This document shows positions 25,074 to 36,919 of a stretch of 64,000 nucleotides of DNA, piece by piece. The translations under genes and the position numbers were made by a program. The stretch is from Camelus dromedarius. Its lineage: Eukaryota. Below the pieces are notes generated by a model. The model made no database searches and had not been told where the DNA came from. It was given only the letters and a program-made list of their open reading frames with translations. The DNA lies in assembly GCF_036321535.1 (NCBI RefSeq), contig NC_087472.1:93684001-93748000 (forward strand), in the 5' to 3' direction. The stretch's first letter is position 1. Each line of letters opens with the position of its first letter.

Positions 25074-26306
25074 CAGATATGAAATTTTAAATTTACTTTT
25101 GAGTCCTTTGAGTAAAAGGAAAATATACCACATAGAAATCTGCGTCTATACAAAAGAATGAATAACACCAGAAATGGGATGTGAGGAAGTATAAAATGAT
25201 ATTTTATGATGTTCTAAATTACATTAAAACATAATTGAATGTTTAAAGAAAAATAATAGCAATGCATTTTGTTTATAACAGTTCTTGAAATAAACTATAT
25301 GACAATAACACAAAGACCAAAGGAGAAGGGAAATAAATTGTATTATTTTAAGGTTCTATTATAAGTGAAATATTACTTGATAGTAGAAGGTTTTAAGTTA
25401 CCTATACTAGAAACACTAAAGCAAAATTTTACCAAAGAATTTATATGGATTGCAAATATGCACATGAATAGATATTAACATCATTAATCATTACAGAAAT
25501 GTAAACAACAGTAAATGCCACCGTATACTTATTAGAATGGCTAAAATAAAAAAAAAATAGACTGATGATATTAAATGCTGGTGAGGATATGGAGAAACCG
25601 GAATTCTCATGCTGTGAGAATGCAAAATGGTATGGCGACATTGAAAAACAGTGTAGCAGTTTCTTATAAAGTTGAACATACACTTGCCACACGACTTAGA
25701 AACTTCACTCTTAGATATTTACCTAAGGGAATTGATTATATTCCTGAATATTTACAGCAGCTTTATTCATAATCTCAAATTTTGGAAATGATAAATGTCC
25801 TAAGCTGGTAAATACATAGACACGGTGCGTTGCATGCATACAATGAAATACTACTCAACAATACAAATGAATGAAATACTGATATTTGCAAGAACATGGA
25901 TAAGTGTCAAATGTATATTGGCAAGTTAAAGAAACCAGACCTTCAAAATCTGCACACTATATTGATCCATTTATATAACATTTCAGGAAAGGTAAAACTA
26001 TAGGGACAGAAATTGATGAGTAATTGCTAACGGCTGGAAGTGTGGAAGGTGATGAATCCAAAAAAACACAAAATAAATAAATAACAACAAAAAAACAAGC
26101 TCAAGAATTCCTATTTTGAACCCAGGCTTGCTCAGTTCTAAAGTTCCTGTGTTCTTAATAATGATTCTATGATGGTTGACATGTTCATGGTTAATTAAAG
26201 AGAGAGAAATATGAGAGTGCATAATCACTACATATATGAGTACTTCTCATACTCATTATTTGGGTAATTCATATTCTAAAACACCACAATTGTTGTATTA
26301 CTTTCT

Positions 26307-26510
26307 TGGTTCTCCAAGTGTGCTACCCAGAGCAGCAACGTCAGCAGCAAGGTCAGCAGCACCTGGGAATTTGTTAGAAATACAGATTCTCAGGCTCTAT
26401 CTCCAGACCTACTGAATCAGAAACTCTGTGGCTGGGAGTAGATTCAGTAATCTGTGTTTTAACCAGCCCTCCAGATTATTCTGATGTGCACTAAAGCTTT
26501 AAGACTATAG
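26307..26510. mobile_element. MER5A
   Basis: cagcacctgggaatttgttagaaatacagattctcaggc...ccagacctactgaatcagaaactctg. Confidence 0.9.
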
Positions 26511-26966
26511 ATCTACATTAGCTCATTAGTTCTCATTACTTCAAACAATAAATGCAAATAAACTGGATTACTGTCAGTTAACCTGCATTGGAACACTACT
26601 CATCTGTAAAGTCCCTTACAAAAATGCCAACTCTGTGAAATCTCCCATTCCTCCCTGCCCCTCCACAATACATTGTTTATACCTTTATTAAACATTCATT
26701 TCCCTTTCACCTTGTGTTTCATTGCTGACATGTCTATAACCTTCACTAGAATGCCAGTTCCATGGGGCATGGATTCTCATATTTCAAGATTTATAAAACT
26801 CATTGCCAGTGTAATCTGAGTAAGGGCAAATCCAGCTGGTCATGAAGGTTAAAATAATTGGGAAGTATCAGTTTCCAAAGTACATAAAATTTCAAGCCTG
26901 GTTTAAGTAAATCGTTCACATTTAGTAGTCATCATCTTTGTAGATCCACTGAAATGTGGATGAGGG

Positions 26967-27380
26967 TGTGGCAGCCATGAAAATGTTGCTTACAAATCTC
27001 CTACCTTAGGGATCAATGGCCTCAGCTGTTGAGCTCTGAATCCATCACTGCACTTCCCATAGGTTGCTTCTAGCCAATGATGGATACTAAAGCAGGGGTA
27101 TTCCTACAAGGTACAGGACTTCTCTAACGAGCAATTTTGGCTCAAGGACTCCCCATCAACCTTGCTGAAACTTTCTTAAAACTGCCCTGTAGTCTAAGAC
27201 TTTTCCTACCCCACCTTCCTTCCTTCTGTCTCTCCTCCACAGGGGACCAAATTGAATTGTGATCTCATTAAACCTCCGTTAGTCCCCTCCCCTCTTTCCC
27301 ATTTAGTAATTTCCCCCAGTAAATCTCTACCCTGTTTAATCCTGTCTTAGTGTCTACTTCTCCCAGGATCTGAACTAACA
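26967..27380 (+). mobile_element. LTR16-like ERVL solo LTR
   Basis: tgtggcagccatg start; end taaatctct...ctgtcttagtgtctacttctcccaggatctgaactaaca. Confidence 0.8.
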
Positions 27381-28159
27381 CTGGAGAGATCATGTCTAGT
27401 TTGAGTTCCATGAATAGTTTCATTTCATGTATGCAATTATTTTGTTTTTAATGTATGGATAGTGTTACCTGGGTAAATGACAACTTTGCAGATTGGATGC
27501 TAGAAAGCTGAGAACAAAAGGATGATTCTATTTTATGATCTAATCATTTTCTTTAAATTTTGGATCTAATTTTATTTGCAAGTTTAAAATTGTTTTGTTT
27601 TGAATTCAGTTGTATAGATTTTTAAAAGCTACATGAAATAATTTCTGTAAAAAGCCAGGGTAAAAATAATTCAAGTAATGGTCAGATATTAAGGGGTGGG
27701 GTCAGGATTGCCATATTCAGCCAGTCCTGTAGGCTGTGTACTCCATGGCTTGAACTGTATGCTCAATGTGAATGGTGTCATCTAAAGTTATATGTTGGGC
27801 CTGGGTGTTGTGCTCAAAGATGGAAAGAACCTGCTAGTGGCAAATCCAGATAGTGACATGGAATAGTCCAGTAAAGCAGATTATTTGACTGGATAACAAT
27901 ATATAGCTGGGTAATAATAACCTTAGTAGAAAATCAGAATAGGGCCTTACTCCTGAGAGTTAAGCTATAGAGCTCTTTAGATTCCTGGAATAGGGACCCC
28001 AAAATGGAGAAAATTTAGAACCCCAAGTGATAACTCTTTAGGGCAAAAGCAATATATTAATTTGAAAAAAACTGGCTTAAATTAAAAGGTTAATCTAATA
28101 AACCATGTAATCACACTGTACAAAAGAAAACAGCTTTAGTCAAGTCTCTACCTGTGTCT

Positions 28160-28696
28160 TGTTAGAGAAGAAAAACTTTCCCTCTATTCTCTTAGGTTCT
28201 GAACATGTGGACCTTTGAATTAATCTAATAAAAGATTAGCAAGAGAAAAGGCACACCATTTTTATTAATATTTACATGTATAGGAGTTTAGAGAAAAGAA
28301 GCAAAACTCAAGAAGTTGGACTTGGGGGCTTATACACCCTTTTAACAAAGGAAAGAGGGTTAGGCTTCAAGGGTAATAAATTATGGAGAAGTAACTAGGA
28401 AATATATGGGGAAAATAATGGAAGATAAAGGCTATTTTAGTAAGGTCTGTTTATGCAAATTCATCTTGGTGTCAACCCCAGCCTTTGATGATAAGAGTCC
28501 CTCTTGTCTCCCTGGTATTGGGCTGGAAGAGGGAGCACATTCCTCAAAGGGAAATACATGCCTGGCTTTTAGGAAGATAAGGAATGGGCAGACAACTCCT
28601 TCTGTATTTATTTGTTGATTCTCAACTGCCTTCAGCTCAAAATAATCCTTATGCCAAAGTTCCATATTTGGGGGCCAAATCTTCTGATCATCTTCA
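28160..28696 (-). mobile_element. MER34/MER39-group ERV1 solo LTR
   Basis: Minus-strand start tgaagatgatcagaag...tttggcataaggattattttgagctgaaggca; TG..CA ends; 4-bp TSD gtct/gttt. Confidence 0.8.
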
Positions 28697-28734
28697 GTTT
28701 CAAACAGTGTGAAAGAGACCTTGTAAATGTACAT

Positions 28735-29200
28735 TTGTCATTTGTCAATTTTGGCTGCTCAGAAAATGAAGAGCCTTTCTAGTTTTGGGGAACCCATACT
28801 CTGTGATTCTTGGTAGGTGACAGAGCGTCTCCTAATAACAGATACTTAGAGGTAAAATCTACTGTCTTCACATCTCTTGATGGCCAGGGCACAAGAAGCA
28901 ACACTCAGAATCTCTCATACAGGATTCTGTATCTTGTACTGGTGACCTGAAGGTAAAAGAGTTTTATCATTTGGTTGCCTCTGTCTAGCTATGGTGATTG
29001 TGTTTGTGCAGGAGATGGTGAATAATAGCATCAGATACATTTGAAAGTCAGATTTTTTTCTGTAACGTTACTCGATTCTTTGGTTCCTTTTATATTCCCT
29101 GAGTATGGTTCTCCAGTTCTCTTGATTCTTTAAGCTTTTAATATCTTTCCAGTTAAATTCCCCTCTGTTTAATTTTATAGAATTGGTTTTAGGTGCATTC
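28735..29200 (+). mobile_element. Old ERVL-class LTR remnant
   Basis: TG start and LTR-type 3' end taaattcccctctgtttaa...gaattggttt. Confidence 0.45.
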
Positions 29201-30309
29201 GGCCCACCTGATATAGCTGGTTTCTCTGTATTGTTTAGTTCCTCTTTAATCTTAGCACCAGTATAGCTGCCAGCACCTCCTGGGGCTACATTCTTCCTCA
29301 TTCAGGTTTCAGTAGGAAACATGTCTGATTTTCCAAAGAGTTATATGAATGAATGAATAAACACACTGCTTTTCTATTCTTATATTTTTGGATCAATTTG
29401 AGATAATTTACTAATAGCTAAATGTGAATGGTTAATTTAAAATGCAATAGTAGTAGATTTTAGGTTATAATTAAAATGACATTAATAATTAATTATCATT
29501 ACAAAATTAAATCTTTAAGGGTCAGAGAAACATATTGTTTCTAAACATGGAGAATGGACCATGAACACTGATGAGTTATAAGGCCCCAGCTGTCTAAAGT
29601 AATTTATTTCAGCATTAGGGTTTTCATGCAACACAGTTCATTAGGAAAATAAGTTATCGCAAACACCTTGTTTCTATTGACATTAGTAGAAGTTGCTGGC
29701 GTACATCAGGTGTTGACTATTGTCCAGAAATATTGAAATAATACTTCAGAAGTGTCACTTCTAATATGAAACATTGATGACTGAAGCATTTTATTTTTCC
29801 TGCGAGTGTTAAAATGTGGAAGTAGAACAGCCAGTTGAATGAATGTTGAATTGACAGGAAACAAGGTGTTTGTTACATTCTTGAATTCCACTGTGCTAAG
29901 AAAAAAAATTACTTGAGTCTCTGTGTCTCGGCTTCCTCATGTCTTAACAGAATTTATATCATAGGGTTGGTTTAGAAGAAAACATATTGAGTACAGTGAC
30001 TGGCACAGCTCTTGACACCGATGAAGGATGACTATCAACACAGTTCTTTAAGTGTGATGCTTTAAAATTATCACAAATTCCTTGGGCAGGTGTTAGGTAC
30101 TAATCATTAGATACGTTGATGGTTTCATTAGAAAGATAATTCAGTTTGCTTACTTAGTCATTCCAAAAAATATGTATTGTGCTCTGTTGAATATTAAGCA
30201 CTGTCCTAGATCCAGGCAGGTGACTAATTAAAAGTATCTGTCCTTAGTCAGCTCATGGTTTGGTCAGGAGGTAAAGATAATTTTTAAAATCCATGTTAAA
30301 AATCTAACA

Positions 30310-30670
30310 AAAATAAACAAACCCTGAACTTAAAGATAGAACAGATTGGTGGTTGCCAGAAGTGGGGGTGGGAGGTGGGCAAAATGGTAAAGGTGGTCAA
30401 AAACTATAAACTTTCAGTTGTAAAATAAATAGGTCTGGGGATGTAATGTACAGCATAGTGACTATAATTAACAACACAGTATTGTATATTTTAACATTGC
30501 TAAGAGGGTAGATCTTAAAGGTTCTCATCACAAAAATAAATTTGTAATGTGCGGTGATGGATGTTAACTAGACTTATTGTGGTGAGCATTTCATGGTATA
30601 TACATATATCAGATCATTATGTTGTACACCTGAAACTAATATAGTGTTACATGTCAGTTACACCTCAACC
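30310..30670 (+). mobile_element. L1 3' end
   Basis: gaacagattggtggttgccaga...ttgctaagagggtagatcttaaag...gttgtacacctgaaactaatata. Confidence 0.9.
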
Positions 30671-30779
30671 TAAAGATCATCGTTAAGCAAAAAATAGTAA
30701 AATTATGTACTATTATCTGCTTAAGGGACCAGAGTGATAACAAACTAGCAGTGTCAGCGTATCTACTCTACTAATAATA

Positions 30780-31030
30780 AAGGCTAATATTTATTTACTG
30801 CTTATTATGAGACAGGTACTGTCCCAAGCTCTTTATATATATTAACCTATTTAATCCTTAAAGCAACTCGAAGAAGCAGATGCTATCATTTTCCTCATTT
30901 TACAGTTAAGGAAACTGAGGACAGAGAGGTTAAATAACTTTCCTAAGGCTATTCAACTAGTAAGAGGTAAAATAAACCCAACCCCAACCATCTGATTTTA
31001 GAGTCTGAGCCCTTAAGCTCAAGACTGTAG
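30780..31030 (-). mobile_element. MIR SINE
   Basis: cctcattttacagttaaggaaactgaggacagagaggttaaataactt. Confidence 0.9.
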
Positions 31031-31479
31031 TGCCACTCTGAGGTATCAGAGGTGCCTTTGCAGAGGAGGTAATATAAGAACTGAATCTGGAAGGATGTAC
31101 AGGATTGAGCCAGGCAGATTTAGGTGAAAGACATTTTAGTGAGAGGGAGTAGCATGTGTTTTGGCAGATAGAACAAGTTATATCCAGGCCACTTACAAGT
31201 CATTTACTATGTCTGTAGCCCAGGTTGGTTATGAAGAAACTGAAACTGGGGAGACTAGTTATAGCTGTAGTCTAGGTGAAGGATAATGAGGGACCAGGCT
31301 ATGTTGGTGCTAGGTGGAATGGAGCACCTGCATGTGCTAAATTCTGTAGGGAATACAAAATGAATGAGACATAACCTTGTCCTCAAAGGGTTTATACTTA
31401 TGTGGGAAGAGAGATAGGACATACTAGACTGTAAATGTTGCTAGAATACACACTCTGACAAAGGTTGTGAAAAGCCTCG

Positions 31480-31900
31480 CCAACAAGTTAAGAGGGAAAA
31501 TTGACCTTCACAAGTAGAAAGAGAGAAAAAAAAATGCTAATTTTAACCTTGATAAGTATAGGATAATTGTAAGGATAAAACATGATTTCCATGACTACAC
31601 AATCAGAAATAACCAGCTTTGAAGCAGTTGCCAGAGAAATATTCCAAGGATTATTTATAGGCTCAAATTTAAATTTGTCAGAAATATAATTCTTTTAAGA
31701 AAGGAAGGTTGAAAATGGGATATATGCATTGAAGCAGAGGCTCTAAAAACAGCAGGCTTTCCTCGTCACAGCTGTCGGCAGTGGTCAAGTGTTATGAGAA
31801 TACTATGTATACTTTGGGGCTTTGAAATCAATAAATGGTAACTTAGAGAGTGTACAGAATGTAATAAAGAGTTTAGGAAATAGGAGCACCAAGCAAGGGA
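31480..31900 (+). mobile_element. Possible L3/CR1 remnant
   Basis: Degenerate similarity to the CR1 RT tail (aacttagagagtgtacagaa...agagtttaggaaa). Confidence 0.3.
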
Positions 31901-32449
31901 TAAGGTAGTCTGACCATTCTGAACTACACTGACTCATGCAACCATGCCAAGAGCAGTTCCACATCTAGAAAAGACATGGACTCTATTTAAAAAGACATGG
32001 ACTTACATTTTAAAAGTTTCAACTAGTTTAACTAGAAATTGCTTTGAATATACATACTTCTTTTATGCTCTGAAATTTCCTGGAAAATTAAATGCAACAT
32101 GCGTTTTAATGAAGTGCCGTAAATATTAAAATTAAAGATGGAAGGTCTTGGACGTCAAAAAAATGAGAATTTTCTCTAATATCATTATCTCAGCCCAATT
32201 GAACACATCTAGGATTTTATATCACTATTAAAACACTTTGAAACAAATTAACATTTACTAAAGAAACTTTATGAGATTTCATTTAGAAAATTCTGGCTTG
32301 GTAATTTTCATGGTACATTAGCAATCAGATGTATTTACTCACAAGAGTTCAATTTGTTAAAATTATTCCATACATATATATGCATATATGTAAGTCATAA
32401 CTATATGATCTTGATTAATGAACATTTGCTAATATATTTAGTATAATTT

Positions 32450-33200
32450 TTTAAAGTGCTTATTTTGTATTAGGCACTTTTCAAGGTGTTTGGGATACAT
32501 CAGTGAACAGGCAAAACTTGCTGCCTTCTTAGAGTTTACATTCTACTAGAAGAAGGTAGACAGTGGAAAACATAATAAATGAATTAATGTCCTATTATGT
32601 TAAAGCTGATGTGTAGTGCTAAAGAAAAAAAGAACGAGGCTAGGAAAATCAGGAGGGCTGGGAGGTGCTGAGGACAGGGTGCAGAATTAAATAGAGTGGT
32701 CACAGTAGCATCTTTGGAGAAGTGAGAATTGAGCAAAAACTCAGAGGAAGGAGATAGCCATAGGAAAGATAAATAATACTCTGGTGGAAAAATATTATAG
32801 GCAAAGGAAATGGCTAGTGCAAAGGCCCTTAGAGAAGAAGGTGCCTCATGTGTTTGTGCACATGTGGCTGGGGCAGAGTGAACGGGGAGAAAAATGAAGA
32901 GAAGATTAAAGAAGTGGGGGATGCAGATCATGTAGGGCCTCCTAGGCGATTGTAAACTTTGACTTTGAATTTGAATAATATGGAGTTACTGGAGGGTTTT
33001 GACCAGAGGAGTGACATGATATAACTAACTTCTGTTTTAAGATATCACACTGGCCACAGTGTTGAGAAGAGACTGTAATGGGGAAAGGATAAAAACAGAA
33101 GACCAGTTAGGAGATTGTACTGTAATAATCCAGACAGGAGAGGATGATTCCAAAGTTGTAGCAGTGGCGGTAGTGAAAAGTGGCTGAACCTGAACTAATG
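32450..33200 (-). mobile_element. L2 (L2a-like)
   Basis: gtgcaaaggccct..., cagatcatgtagggcc...gaggagtgacatgat...gaccagttaggag. Confidence 0.88.
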
Positions 33201-33624
33201 GAAATGAATGGAATGAATGGGAAAAGCAACTTCTGTATTTTAGTTTAGTTTTGTTTTCAGTTTTCCACTATAGATCTTCATGGAATTTTTTAAGTTCTTC
33301 AAAATGCTATCAGAAAATATGTATTAGGTACCCACTTTTAATCATAACTTCATAGCAGACTCTAAAGGATATGTGAAGTAGGTAACAAATGTCCATCCTT
33401 GCCTTAGAAGTGTCTACACTCTAACTCTCAATAGTTTACTATCAATTTAGAGAGTAGATGAACATGTGGAAAATTTGGCTGTGACCTCACCATGGATAAT
33501 TTAGCTATTCTGACTAGTAGAAAGGAATCACCTTTTTTAGCTCAGTGCCCCAAAACTGTCGTCCTTGAAGCTATCCACTGTGGAAGAAGACGTTTCTATC
33601 AAGTTTGAACAGTAGGATTGGTCT

Positions 33625-33825
33625 CTGCTGCCCCCAAAAAGTAATCACTGGTTACATGTGTTATTTAAATTTAAATGAAAATTAATTAAAATTAAATCAA
33701 AACTGAAAATAAGTTCCTCAGTCATTTCAAGTGGTTCATAGCTACATGTGGCCAGTGACTACTGCATTGGATAGAACAGAGAACTATTCAGTCATGTCCT
33801 ACAGTTCTATTGGATAGCAGTAGCT
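33625..33825 (-). mobile_element. MER3/MER33-like hAT-Charlie
   Basis: tagctacatgtggccagtgactactgcattggata...agttctattggatagcag. Confidence 0.75.
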
Positions 33826-34589
33826 AGGTACTTGAGAGGAAAATAATATACCAGATGTTCCTGGTGTCTCTCTTTCTAGAGTTTATCAATCTATTTGGAT
33901 AATTACAAAAAGAGAATATGAAAGAAAATACAGACTTTGTATCCCTTATGTATTCTAATGAAATACCAGCCCCATATTTTTCCCATTTCTTTTGCATTTG
34001 TGTTTTATGGTTTTTTTCTTTTTTCTCTTGAATTTGTCGATGCTATCTATTTTTTCCACCACCTAGAATTAGAAATCAGTTCTTTTGTTTCAAATGTGAA
34101 TCCCCGCCCCAATTATAAGCTGCTACTTTATATAACAAAAGAATTGATTTCTGAAAGCACTATTCAGACATTAGCAAAACCAACAATTGGAATTATCATT
34201 CAAATCAATGTCCCTTATGAGCATTAACAGGCAATGCTAAGACATAGTCTTATTTTTAGACTCTTCTTCACATTCATCTTCTTTATGCTTTTTAATCAAT
34301 CCTATATGATACCAGGCATCTTTCTTTGCTTCTTACATTTCAGCTTGCTTTCTCATCCTTTTTGTGCAGTGTTGCTTATTTAGACTTCTCGCTAACTGAA
34401 ATAGTGTGGATTTATTCAATTTACAGGATGATTAATTTTTGTGGGGAATAAAGAATAAATATTGCATATTAAATTAATGGTTCTAACATGAGCCTGCTTA
34501 GATATTTGAGATAATTTCTTCTTAACATCTCCTCTTGGGGCCGGGTTAATTTGAAGAAGGCTAGAAAGCTAGCCTTGGGATTTGATGAT

Positions 34590-35225
34590 TTTCCTCCTCA
34601 CTTAGATCCACTTCCTCCCCCAAATTCCAGTGCTCTGCTCTGTGTCACAGACCACAGAGGGATGATTTCTTCATTTCTACATTTACCAGATCCCTGCCAC
34701 AGTTGGTTCTTTTTGGGCTCCACCAATGGGAGGCACTGGTTGGAGACCGGATGTGGGAAGTCAAGGTGTGTCTCCCTCTCTCTCTTTCCTTCCCGAGGTA
34801 TCTTTATAAGTGTCTGTAGCAACTCTGGTTGCAGCTCCCACAAGGCAGCACTTTCTCTACAATGCCAGCTCCTACCTTGCAGCTCGTTCTATGACTTCAG
34901 CTCCTGCCAGGTGGGCACTTCTCCATGTTTCCAGATTCTCCTTGGTAGCCAACTGTGCTACCCCACAAACAGCCCCTCTTCCAAGTTTCTAGCACCTGTA
35001 AAAGGAGCTCAGACCCTGGGCTCTGGTAACATCAGCTACTTCTGTTGTCCCTCCAGGGTAGTAATGGTATCAGCTTCTTGTACTTGGTAATCTCTGGGCT
35101 ATCTCCTCTCTCCCTGTTTTTTTGTCAGCTCTTCTGACAATTTAAGACCAACTTCTCATATACTACTCCGTTTGTTGAACTACTTGACATGACTTCTGTT
35201 TTCCTAACTGTACTGTGAATGGTAA
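34590..35225 (+). mobile_element. LTR33-like ERVL LTR
   Basis: agatccact...ctgctctgtgt..., ccaatgggaggcactgg and LTR-like 3' end ttctgttttcct. Confidence 0.6.
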
Positions 35226-35259
35226 ACCCTGATACCATGGTAGCAGGTAGGCACAAAAA

Positions 35260-35480
35260 ACAAATGATCTCGGGGTCAGAAGAACTATGTTTGAAATCAA
35301 AACATTCCAATTCCTTAGTGTGTGACTGGAGAAGATGCTTATACTTGGAGTTTCAATATCCTCATCTGTAAAGTTTGGAAAATAATTTCAATTCCATTGT
35401 TTGATCATAAATATTGAATGAGGTACCTTAAGTGAATGTACTTAGAAAATAGCTAGCAGGAGATACTCAGTGAATATTCA
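35260..35480 (+). mobile_element. MIR fragment
   Basis: cctcatctgtaaag core. Confidence 0.6.
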
Positions 35481-36129
35481 AATGATAGTAAAAGTGTTTT
35501 CTTCCTTTATTTAGGAAAAGTTCACTATTGTAAATTTTGTTCTTGAATCTTTATCTAATTAGCAGATCTCAAATGAGATTGGTCTGAAAGGAAATATCAT
35601 CCTTTCAGGTTCATATGTGTTAAAATCTGCATTACTGTTTTCTCAGAGGTTGTGTAAGGGATATATTCTTGTTATTAAAAAAGACTGTGACTACTTTATC
35701 ATAAAATAAATCATACATAGACTGTTGTGCATTCTTTTATACTAAAATATATATTCTAGGGTTCCTGAGTTTTTCTGTCCTGAAGGACACTGAGAGAAAT
35801 CTATCCACAATTTTATTAAACCCTCCTTTCCTATTGTCACCAAGACATCTATTTCTGGTCACCCAAAACTGAAATGTAAACAATATTATGAGCAAAATCT
35901 TTCAGCAATGAGTGCTATTTTCAGACATCAGTCATTGAGGCCTCTCTTATCATTGGCAAATACATTTATAACTTTCTTGTTTTAAGCAAGTGTTTCCCTA
36001 TAATTAGAGCAATTCCAAACATTAGAGGATTATGGTTTAACCTTGTGTCTTTAAACCATTTGATTTATGTGTGCATGATCTTTTATGTTAATTGAATGAA
36101 ATAATGTAGAAGACGTGTTCTGCGTTCAT

Positions 36130-36830
36130 CTCCTCACCTCAGCATTTTGTTTATGGGAAACATACATGTAGTTTTAACTAATTCATGTTTATTTCATAGT
36201 ATTTCATTGTTTGACTTATGATAATTTATTTATCCATTTTACTTTTCAACGAGTTAGAGATTATTTCCAGTTTGAGATATGACAGATAATGACACTAAGC
36301 ATATATTTGTGTATGTTGCTTGCTATGTATGTGCCTACATTTCTTTTAGGTAGAGAAAGTAGAATTGCTGAGTTACAGGGCAAGAATATCTTCAACTTTG
36401 GTAGGTAATATTAAACTGTATTCAGAGTACTTTAAACAATTTATGTTCTTACCAGTACCTTAATAGAATTCCCATTGTCTGTGTCCTTGACAACACCTAG
36501 TATTGTGTGTGTGTGTGTGTGCGTGCACACATGCTCATGCGCATATGTTTCTTAAATTTTAGTGATATCTCATAATTTTACTTGTCATTGTGTTGATTAC
36601 TACTGAATTGAGCATATTTTATATTTTTATAGACCACTTGGGCAACCTTTTTGTGGGGAGGGGCTATATAAAAAGCTGGTTCAAATTTTTTCCCTATTTT
36701 CTGTTGGGTTTTCAGGCCTTTTCTTGTTGATTTTTAGTTCTCTATTTTTTCAGGAAGCCATTTATTTGTCAGCTACATGTATTATAAGTGTCTTACATAG
36801 CTCCAGCTCCTTTGCCACTCTCATAATGGA
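36130..36830 (-). mobile_element. Old L1 (L1ME-like) remnant
   Basis: Degenerate antisense ORF2/3' sequence (tttatttatccattt...atttccagttt...gaattgctgagt). Confidence 0.7.
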
Positions 36831-36919
36831 ATCTTATGCTAAAGAAAAAATGAAGTAAAATGTTTATTAAATATACTACATTAAAATTAGAAACTTTTGT
36901 TTTCTCATAAAAGTTAATT

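Larger units (their letters stand above)
23420..26060 (+). mobile_element. Old L1 (L1MC/ME-like) interrupted by a young L1 tail and a DYNLL1 retrocopy
   Basis: ORF1-like remnant (caccaagacacatcataatt..., tggaacaatatctttaaagtactgaaag) and ORF2/3'UTR remnant at ~25450-26050. Confidence 0.8.

Noticed and set aside
34551..35090. 179-aa ORF
   Set aside because: Non-ATG start, lies inside an old LTR, Ser/Cys-rich composition typical of non-coding DNA.
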